64,000 nt of DNA from Dimorphilus gyrociliatus (lineage: Eukaryota > Animalia > Annelida), in contig CAJFCJ010000004.1 of the NCBI GenBank assembly GCA_904063045.1, forward strand, positions 2,101,713 to 2,165,712. Direction: 5' to 3'. Positions 28,534 through 39,692 of this stretch are shown piece by piece (positions within the stretch are counted from its first letter, which is position 1; the number at the start of each line of letters is the position of its first letter). The position numbers and the translations under genes are program-made. The notes under the pieces are model-generated. The model made no database searches. It was not told the DNA's origin and was given only the letters and a program-made list of their open reading frames with translations.

Positions 28534-28656
28534 CTTGGAAGAAGAGGCGCGCCTGAAGGTGCGGATATTAAAGAAATTCGCAGCGACTTCGGCATTCAAT
28601 TAAACTCAACCAGTTTGGTATTGTCGAAACAGTAGCAAATAAGTTTTAAAACGGAA

Positions 28657-31600
28657 ATGGACGTGGAGGAATATAGAAAGAGAGGTTAGTAAAAGTAAGA
28701 AAAAGAAGAGAAAAAGAAAAATTAAAAGTTATATAATAAAGATAAAAATAGAGATTATCCAGAAAATAGAGGAAAAAATTGAGAAACGAAATAGAATTTT
28801 AGTTATTTCTTTAATTATCTTTTTAATAAAAGTAAATAATTATTTTATACATAAACTAAAAGAAAAGAACTTTGAATTTTTTATTAGAATTTTATGTTTC
28901 ACCGAGAAAAAGTTTCTTAAAATTAAAATATTCATCCATATTTAATTTTAGTCAAAGTATTTCGTCTTTATTTTAAACAAATAGGTACTCAATGAAATAA
29001 ACTGTGTGTAAAAGAACATATTTCTTTTATTATATACAATATTTACCAAGTATATACCGTATCTTATAATACAATAGATAACTAATGTAGTATATTGCGT
29101 ATCTGCATATCAATGCATCTAATAAGAACTTGTTTGAGTTTTTCAAGTTTGCTTTATACCATCATACGAGAAGTAAAACGTTTGCTTTGTTTATTTAAAT
29201 AAAATCTATAGAGAAAATTGCTTTGTTGCAAAAAATGCAATTACATGTATAGAACATATAACAAATATATATATATATATATACATTATATATATACAGT
29301 ATATATAAATAGTATATATATATATATATATATCAACCTACTCTATACGGTATATACTGTATATATATAGTGCCGAAAGCGTTTGTAAAAATGAGATGGC
29401 CAATTACAAGCTGTTTACTAAGCAGGTGATAAGGCGTGTTTTCTATCGAAGCATCTATTTCGGCTTCTATTATTTGTTGTATTGTTAAAAGAAAATCTAG
29501 TTTCGTTGTCATTTAGAGAAAAACATCTGGTAGAAACGAGCTTCTTTTGAAGTAATGCTTGAAACGGTTTTAACTAATGTGGTCAGCGGCGACGAAGTTA
29601 AGAATTAGCTTGATTAATTAGAACCTACAGGCTAAATGGAACATGCATTGCTTTAGGGTAGAACGACGCCTACTTAAATGTTGGTTTTGTTTAGCTTTGT
29701 CTGTCTTCTCCTTCCTAGAAATATCTATGGTTTTCGCAGAGTATACTAAGGACATTTTTTTAATTGAGCCTTTACAAACATATTTATTAATCTAATTTAC
29801 TTATTATACACTTCTTTAAAAGAGTAAAACAACTGGCCTAAAACCAAAATTAAAGAGAGATATTCTTTCAAATTATATCTCTTATGGTCAGAACGCTTTT
29901 TTCAAAGAATGGAATGAAATGGAAATACTGAATCTTTTCGGTGTATATATTTATATATGTGTGTATTCGTGTATTACTTTAATTAATAAGAATCATAAGA
30001 AAGCTAATAGTATTCCAGTTGAGTAAAGATTGTCAAATTTTAGCAAATAAGATAGTAATTAATATGGTATTTCTTATGTTATCTTTCGTTAGTTATAAAT
30101 TATTTTTGGAAATCGACCAATGACAAATATTACAGAAATATATATATATATATATAGATAAACGAAAAAAAATATCCTACTTAAACAAGTTTTTATCCAT
30201 TTCTAATAGAAATTAATCTCAAATTATTCTTTTCTTATAACAAACCAGAATGAATGAAAGAATTATGATAAATGTTTCAGTAGAACTTTACTCAACCAAA
30301 ATATTAAATATATTAAAAATATGATTATTAAAACCGATGATGTTACTTGAAAACTATTTATTATTTAGTCTAATCAATGGATGATTATTTCTTATGCTAT
30401 AACGCCACCTTTACAACGATATAAAATACAAGTACTTTAAGGGTTAAGTTTGCAAGTTTTTCAAGTTTACACTTAACGTTTCCCAATTATCGAATAACTT
30501 TTAGACTTAAAATACTAAATAAAATGTTATGGTTTAATTCTTACTTATCGTCACAGGAAAGGAAATGGTCGATTATATCGCCGACTATCTTATTAATATT
30601 AGACAACGTAATGTCTTCCCAGATGTAAAACCAGGATACATGCGAGATTTACTACCCGAGAAAGCCCCAATTAACGGAGAAAGTTGGCAAGAGATATTTA
30701 ACGACGTTGAGCGTGTCGTTATGCCTGGTGTAAGTAACCTCTGTAATAACTTGTTGTAGGTCACGAAACTGATGATAAACTTGACCAAATAATTAAATTT
30801 CTAAAAATAACTTAGAAATAGTATCTTAACTTTCTAGAAGAGCAGACAAAGAATCAATATTGTTAATTTGCAGTTTCTACCATTTAACGGATATTGAAAA
30901 AATGCATATATTTACAGAAACTTCTGTTTCTTCTTTTTTCTTTTTAAAGCTTTAAAATAATTGATTAGTAAAGATATATATAAAAAGAAAAGAAACGCAT
31001 TTTTCCTACTAATTTTAGTATTAAATGTTAACAAAAGAAAAGGAAAAATGCATTATCATGTAAGTACGTTTTGCCCCTGAAAGTAGAGAGAGGCTTCAAG
31101 TGATAATTGCTACTTTTACATGTCTAAATTAGTAATGTAGAAGAAGCACATGAGCTCGAAATGTCTAAAGCATATAAACAAATAATATAAAAACACAATT
31201 TTCTACTGCAATGATTTTTGCAAAAACTAAGACAGCGACAATTCCGGCTTAAAAACATTCCGCATCTTCCGATTTCTTTAAAAAAGTGCGCAATCATTTC
31301 CCGTCCCCTAAGCTTTAAAGGAGTATGTAGATATAATTGGAAAAACGACAAATCGAGTGTTTACCATCGCGAGCGTCTCTTCAACGTCGTTTGGTTTATG
31401 TATACAAATTCTTAGGGATATTGATTTGAAAGTGATATGGCATAGTCTCCGGCTTTCGATTCATCAATTTTTTTTTTTAACAACGCTTTCTTTAATAGAT
31501 TATTCTTTACTCTGCTTCTTAATTATAAAACTTTCATATGATAAGACATATATCTTTATATTGAAAATCAGCTTATTTCAATTTTTTAATACCACTCAAT

Positions 31601-34600
31601 CGAAATGAAGCATTTTTCAGAGTATGAGCTGAAGCAGATATGTGTTTATAGTATCCAATTTTGATCCGTGCCTAATCATATTAGATATCGTAAAGATATA
31701 TACAATAGTATAGAAAGACACACTAAGTCCCAATGACCTTGCTTAAACAAAGTATCTTTCTTTCCCTGAAGATAACACACTGGCAATCCCCGCATATGCA
31801 TGCCTACTTTCCGGCCTTGAACTCGTTTCCTTCACTACTCGGAGACATGCTGGCCGATGCAATTGGTTGTTTGGGCTTTACTTGGGTAGGATTTTTTAAT
31901 TGAAACCTGTTATACGCCGCTTCTAAGTATTAAATATATTGTAAATATACAAATTTTTAACTAAAGGCATCTAGCCCTGCTTGTACTGAATTGGAAATTA
32001 TTGTTATGGATTGGCTAGCAAAAATGATCGGGTTACCATCAGAATTTTGGCATTGTACAAATTCAAAGAAGAATGTTGTAGAGAAAATGGGAGGTGGTGT
32101 AATTCAAACAACCGCTAGTGAAGCTACTTTTGTTAGCCTCCTAGCTGCTAGGACATCAGCTATCAATAGGATGAAACAAGTTTGTAAGATGAAAAGTATC
32201 GAAGTAGATATTGCAGATATCAACTCAAGATTGGTAGCATATTGCTCTGATCAGGTAAGTTTTGACGTTTATCAATAGAATTTGAATTATATTTAGCAAC
32301 AAAGTTCTGTGCTAAAATTTGAATTAATTTGTTCTAAAGCGATTTCTAATTAAAGAAAGAGAAAAAGAGAAATTATTAGTTTCCTTATACTATCTAAAAA
32401 TTAATTTATATCGCCTCAGCTATATATTATTTAATTGTTTATTCCATTGATCACCTCCTTCAGTAAGTTATTTCCGGCGTTCGATAATTAGATTAAAGAT
32501 CATGGAGGTGACATCTCAATGTCGAGTGACAACGTCATCATTCCCTTTCGATTTCACTTTAAGAGTTCTATAAAACCTTTAATTATATTTTGTTTGTCTT
32601 TTGAAAAAACTATCCATTCGGTTTAATTTGTTTAATAGTTATATTAGCTACCAAACTAAAATCGAATGAAGAAAAATAACTCTTATCTGTCTAAAAAGGG
32701 ATAAAATAATTTATTTTCAGGCTCATTCATCTGTTGAAAAAGCAAGTCTTATTGGACTTGTAACTCTTCGACTGCTTAAAACCAAAGATGATCTCTCGCT
32801 GGACACTGATCATTTGAAAGAAGTGATTAGAGAAGATGTTCAAGACGGTCTTATACCTTTCTTTGTGAGTATATCTTATAGAGAATATTTTAACATTAAA
32901 TTGTTTAAATAATTAAAATTTCAGTTATGTGCAACTTTAGGAACAACAGGAGCTTGTGCATTTGACAATTTGGAACTTATCGGACCAATATGTTAAACAT
33001 TTTTTGTAATCATATAAATTATACAGTTTCTAAATTGGTTCTTTACAGGTGAAAAGGAGCAAATATGGTTGCATATTGATGCTGCTTACGCAGGCTCAGC
33101 ATTTGTTTGCCCTGAATATCGTCACTTTATGAAAGGAATTCAATTTGCGTCTTCCTTTGCGTTTAATCCATCGAAATGGTTAATGGTACATTTTGATTGT
33201 ACTGCGATGTGGTAAGAAAATATAAACATAGACTTTGAACTGAACGAACATGATTTTATGCATCGTTTAATTATATTTAAAGGGTTAAAGATAGTGGTGC
33301 ACTTCATAGAACATTCAATGTTGAACCTTTATATCTGAAGCATGAAAATATGGGTTTGTATTCATTTTTAAATTAAAATAAAGGAAATTTTAATCATCTT
33401 TCTTTTTCTCCGTGTCTTGTTCTCCTTATTATAATATGAAAAACAGGTGCAGCTATTGACTTTATGGTAAGTTTTTTTTAAGCAGAGGCCAAATTATCTT
33501 ATGAGTAACGTATAAAAATATTTTGAAAGCATTGGCAAATTCCGCTGAGTAAAAGATTCCGATCTTTGAAGCTGTGGTTCGTACTCAGAAGCTTCGGTGT
33601 CTCTGGACTTCAAAAGCACATTCGCCAGGTGACTAAAGAAAAGAAGAGAGAAAGAAACTCTCATATTTCCTTCTTAAAAATAAATAATTACTCTTATTGC
33701 TTCAATTAAATAGTTGTTTACTTTTGTGTAATGAAACTATATGTTTAGGGCGTACGACTAGCTAAACTCTTCGAGAAGTTGTTGTTAGAGGATGGAAGAT
33801 TCGAAATACCAGCTAAAAGACATCTTGGTATGGTTGTATTCAGATTAAAAGTAAGTTTAGCTATATTCCAAAATCTTCTTAAAAGACATCTTTTTAGAAT
33901 TAAATAGAAAATCTTAACAGAAAAATATTTAATATCATATTTGCCCTTTTCCTCCAATGATTAGGTGGTAGATACCCTATCAATTACGTGACATTTCCTA
34001 AGTCGCATTGAGTCACGTGACTGGTTATATAAGAGAAATATTTATTCCTTATTTAATTTATCTATTGTTTCTAGGGTGAAAATGAGCTGACAGAGAGATT
34101 GTTGAAGAAGTTGAACGGATCTGGAAAAATTCATATGGTTCCGGCGTCTTTTAAGGAAACTTATGTAATCAGATTTACAGTAACATCTCAATTCAGTAGC
34201 GAAGAGGATATTAGAAGAGACTTCAAAATTATTCAAGAAAAGGCTAAGAGTATTCTTAACGAAGCAACTTTGCCAGTTACAGATGAAGTTGAAGAGGAGA
34301 AACCAGAAACAGAGGTTCTGGAGAGAAAGAGGCCTATAAGTGCTCGTGGTGAAATACGTAAAGAGGCACTTAGAAATAGAAGAGACGAGTTTGGTCTTAG
34401 TTTGATGCTATCTAACGTTCCAATGTCACCAAAATTTGTCAATGGATCATTTTTGGCCTTATTCGACCTACAACAGGAAACTGTTGCTGAATACGCCAAG
34501 CTGTTTAGACGTCGACCGTCTACGACTTCAGGTCTAAAGAATCGGCATCTGCTGGCCTGGACGCCTCGAAATATGCGCTTACAGGATGGCAATAAAAAGT

Positions 34601-34839
34601 TTAGTAGTTTTGACTCGGTTTTACCTACAGAAAAAGCCGTTAAGCCGTTGAGACATAGGAACGACTCCCTCGATTCGAAAATTGAAAAAATATTCGAATC
34701 ATTCGATTCCAGTTCAGATCTAACTGCTGACGAACCGGACATGGAAAGTAACGGTCACGTGACTAGGTGCGACAGATGCGGTCATCTGGTGGCGAATTGT
34801 AACAAAGCTGCTGAGTGTCGAGTCGATGGAGAAATATAA
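28657..34839 (+). CDS. Hdc: Histidine decarboxylase (PLP-dependent group II decarboxylase), 677 aa, 12 exons
   Basis: Exons 28657-28684, 30557-30729, 31772-31885, 31967-32254, 32721-32864, 32925-32991, 33049-33211, 33283-33353, 33447-33466, 33530-33628, 33749-33850 and 34075-34839 (2034 nt, in frame). HDC-type signatures [16 protein letters not shown] and [13 protein letters not shown] (DDC has NPHKW, TDC has NPNKW), plus RFTVTSQF. Confidence 0.93.
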
Positions 34840-34997
34840 ATAGAAAAATAGAATGAAGGAAAAAGAGAAAAAAAGTGAAAAACAAAGAAAAAGAGAAATT
34901 TTAATGGTCTTATTTTAAGTGTTTTGTAATAATAATAATTATCCCCTGAAAAGGAAATCCCATTTAAATCCATATAGTTATAATAATATCCAAAATT

Positions 34998-35037
34998 TAA
35001 TAATAATAATAATAATAATGATAATAATAATGATAAT
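34998..35037. repeat. Imperfect (TAA)n microsatellite in the Hdc 3' region
   Basis: Directly visible. Confidence 0.9.
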
Positions 35038-36584
35038 ACTTTTTTCATCTATTTATGCTAATATAATTCATAAATTAGAGAGAAATATTGAAGAAGTTGT
35101 ACCACGAAGTAATATTAATATATATATATACATATGTATATACATATATAAACTAACGTTTTAAGGTGAGTGTGGGCGTTTACATAATGAAATGAATATT
35201 TATTAATTGAATACAAACTAACCTTCATCGTGTTGTATTATGGATTATACGGATATTTATTATTATGATTATAACTAAATACACACATATATATATGTGT
35301 GTGTGTGTTATTTCGATATTCTTTATTATTAATATTTTATATTTTTACATTGAATTATCAGACAGAAGCAATCCTGACTTAACAAGCTTTCTTTTATTTA
35401 TTTCGTCGTTATTACTATTATATCTTTATTCAAAAAAAGAATTTCTCTTTCTCTACCTCTTAATGATTTATTGAAAATCTATTTAATCTTCTATAGATCA
35501 TGTATGCAAAGTTAAAGTTCATTGATAATATAACCTTACACTATCTAAGTCGCTTCATTCGGGAATAACAGAGCATAACCCCCAAGCGAAATCTAGACAG
35601 AATTGAAGTCCTTTCTTTTTACTTTCAACTGCTACCCTTAACAAGAGTTTGCTGTTTGCTAGTTACAAATATCAGAGATAAACGTCATCCATTCTTTAGT
35701 CTACAGTAACCTTATCTTTACAATCTAATTGATTTTTGTAAATAGATCCTTTGATTTTATCCCTTTTGTACAATATCTTTTATTAATTGTGAGAGGTAGA
35801 TTCTAAGAACAATTCAAAATCCAATTTTTATGATTTTATTACCGATAAGCTAAATAATCTCTGCTTTATCTTCTTATGCAACTCGTTTACTAATCCCTTA
35901 GGTTGTTATTATGAGTTACAATTTGGTTAATATCGGTCAGTACAGTAGGATACCATAGCCGAATTTTTTGTATCTAAATATTAGAAAAATGAGTCATTAA
36001 TAGATTAATAATTGAAACTTTTCCACGCTCTCATATTAAATCCCTTCAAGACTTCTTATTAAATGGCAATTAGCCAAACTTATTCAAACCGACTTGAACA
36101 AAGAAATATTATTTAACTAAGCGAACTAAGGAATGATAAGAGCGTATTAAGTTATTTCTTGATTTAAAGATTTATTCCAAAATTATAGATTATCGTTATT
36201 ATTAAATATATGAATGTGTATGTGTGTGAAAGTATATACAGCATAGATTAAATTATAAAATATAAAAATACACAGTATATACATTTACAGCATATACAGT
36301 ATATATATATTAAAACTCAAAAGTCATACTGTCGTCTGTGTTTTTTTTTTGCTTTACCTCTTTTAAAACCGAAGAGGAGAAATAAACAAAATAGGAATTA
36401 TGTTAACGCCAGTCTCTATTTTTAAACCTTCGTAAAAGTATGAATGGTTAGAATAAATATTGTTTTTTTTATATCTTCTCGTGTTTAGCTTCGTATTTAT
36501 AAGATATTTAAATGCATGCATATATCTTTCTCTTTCATACCATTGTTTTATCTTAAATTTTTTAATTGTTATGCTTCAAAAAAT

Positions 36585-39500
36585 TCAAGTTTTTCTTGGG
36601 AAGCTAATTTTTAATAATTTCAATAATTCAACTTTTCTCTCTTCTTCGGATATTGCCGCCAGCATTTGCCATTGTTTTAAATTTTCCCTATTAAATTTAA
36701 ACAATTATATTTATACAGTATATAGATATTTATATTTTTAATATATTTGTTGTTTTGTCTTACTTTGCTCCAGTAACTATGGGTAAAGCATCAGGGAATA
36801 TTTCAGTTATTAATTCGTAGCATGGCAAACAAATGCCAACGAGAAATCCAACTTCTAATTGGGGAAGTTCATAATACTTTTCGCGATCCATCATTGTAAT
36901 GGTTCCCTCCTCCTTCTTCTTTTCGTCATCACCCTTTTACGATTAAAAATTATTGAACTATTAATAACTCAAAGTAAAATTTGAATAATCAAAAAATGAA
37001 ACAATACACTAAATTAAAAAGCATTCAATGGTTCGTTAACGTTTATTTATATTTAATTCGTAATAAAGATTGAATATCTATCTGCTAGAAAGAATTTAAT
37101 AAAACCACAATAAAAGAAAGAAGTTATATTACATCACGTTACTAGTCTAAATGAATTCTCTTTAAAAAAAAAAGAAAAAAAGTTCTAGAATGGTAAGGGA
37201 GAAATAATTATGTTATTGCAATTGCGCCATCTACCGTTTATCAATTTTCTAAAATAGCACATAAACATTCATGTTAAACCTTACCTACATACGTAAGTAG
37301 AAGAATAACATATACTTTAAATTTTGATAAATGCGTATAAAGGTAATAAGTACTATTAAAGAAATATGATGATGATCAAATGGCTTTGCAAACATAAGAT
37401 AATTACGTAAATTAACTACTAAAGTAGAGAGTAGATAGCTAACTCTGCTTGATAAATTTCATTAAAGTGGGACATAGAGCTAATAATTATGATTTTAGAA
37501 ATCAGTGTCGATTGAAACGTTTAGGAATTAGAAAAGTTTATTATCATAAACATTTTTAATAAATATTTATGATATGCATTTTTAAGCTGAAAAACAAAAA
37601 TCTCTTTGTTTCTCTTAAAAGAAGAGAAATTGTTTACAAGGCAAAAAATGAAACTTTATTGTTTTGTTTCATTTAAAAATATAAGGCAAAAGGCTTTTTC
37701 GTTCGGTTTTTTTTTTTTGGAAAAAAGAAAAGAAAAAATAAGAAAAAAAGATATATATATGTTAAATTGTGCTAAAAACCATTTAAGCACCTGTTGCCAA
37801 AATTCTTCCATTATAACATTTACTAATTTCAATTGAAGATTCCAAGGTTTGTACATACTGCACAAATCAGATGCGGTCATGCTTATTGCCATAAGCAAAA
37901 GGCTGCGCAATCACATTTGAAGATTAGAAATATGAAAAAAAAACCGATTAATCGCGGCGTCGCTCAGCATCTAACAACACTAACAAAATAGGACAGCATG
38001 CTCGGAAAAAATCACATGACATATTGCATATTGTAATTAGATTTGTTTTTGCGATTTCTAACCTGTTCCCAAAACTCTTCATATAATTCTTTCACTTGTT
38101 CTGCATGAATGTCCCAAGGTTTCATATTGGCACATAAATCACAAGATGTCATTGTGATAGCCAATACCAGTTTGCTGGATAGTATATGATATTTACAAAG
38201 TATATTTAAATGATGATGATAATATATATATATGTATAAATATATACAGTATATGTATATAATATAAATATCTGAGATCTATTAAAATATGATTAAATAT
38301 AAAACGAGATGCTGAGCAAATATGCGCTTTTTATACAAGTATTGTAAACTAACCGACAATTTTCATTTTGCCAAGAAAATGTTCCTTCGTCAATGTTGTT
38401 CCTTAATTGGGATTTATTTGGAAAGAACAGTGCTAAGTCTGTAGCTAAGATACAATGCTTTATATTTGATAAAATTTGTCTGTACTCGTCCGATGATAAA
38501 GTATTGAATATATTATGGCCGTCATGCTGTAATTGCAAAAAAATAAAGTAAATAAAAGACATTTCTATATAAAATACATTTTAGCTCGGAATTTATTTTA
38601 AGTCGAATTTTGCAAATACCAAAGATATTATATCAATATAATCGGTCGTAAAACTAAAGCATACTTGTTATATCTGCCTTTTTCTCGCTTTTCATAAAAA
38701 CTACACTTTTATTTTTTATTACAGCCGAAAAGGAAATAAGATAGAATTCAAATGATACTCGAACTGAAGCCCGTGAAAAAAAAGGCTTTTATTTCAATTT
38801 TATCTACACTATAGTCTGTTCCAATTGTTTTTTAGAGTACATTTTTTAATATGTATCCTCAGTGTAAAGTAATACGCCGCTATATCTTTTGTATACGTTG
38901 TTTTTTTTCCGTATAGTGTATATACACAGTACACACGTAGATATATAAAAATGGAAGATATACAGTATATATATATATATGTATATGTATACAGTATTTT
39001 TTCTATATCTAATATTTGTACAGTTTATTGAATAATTGTAAATACCTGTAAAATGGCGACAGTTTGATTGAAATGGTGATGCTCCATTGTTGAAGTACTG
39101 TATATGGCTGCTAATGGGGAAGAACTTTTGACCATAAACGAATTGGTTTTACCTCGATGATCTAAATCATGACATAGTGAACCAACAAACAAACCGATTT
39201 TCTGTAATAATAATGTCAAGGACGATAGTTGAATAGATAAAAAAGAAAATTTTTGAGTTATTATACTTCAATCAAAGTAAATTGATTATTCGTATTCTTC
39301 AAAATCGTATACATTGCATGGGCGACACTAAATGCGTGCTCCCAATTGTGATAAGGTACATTTCTGTAGTTTTTCCTGACAGTTAAGGTAAATCTCATGA
39401 GTGTTTTCGCATCGAATCTATAGGGAGGGAAGGAAGAGAGGATTAAAAGAGCCATTAATCAATTTATTATAGTGTCATTTATCAAAGAATGATTCAGAAA

Positions 39501-39658
39501 TGTAGATCTAATTAGTTTGTGATTTGTGAATTATTGGCAACAAAATCTTTAAAATATATACCACAAATAGAAAAGCATAAATGAATTTTTTTGATAGCCG
39601 CCTTTCATTCTCTATTCCTCGCCTAAGCAAGGAAAATAATCTCTAACTTACATTCGCA

Positions 39659-39692
<34 letters not shown>

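Noticed and set aside
4833-34742. Antisense ORFs over real exons (e.g. 4833-5036, 9064-9483, 12224-12511, 20802-21065, 30585-30788, 34233-34742)
   Set aside because: Shadow frames of coding exons with no independent motifs.
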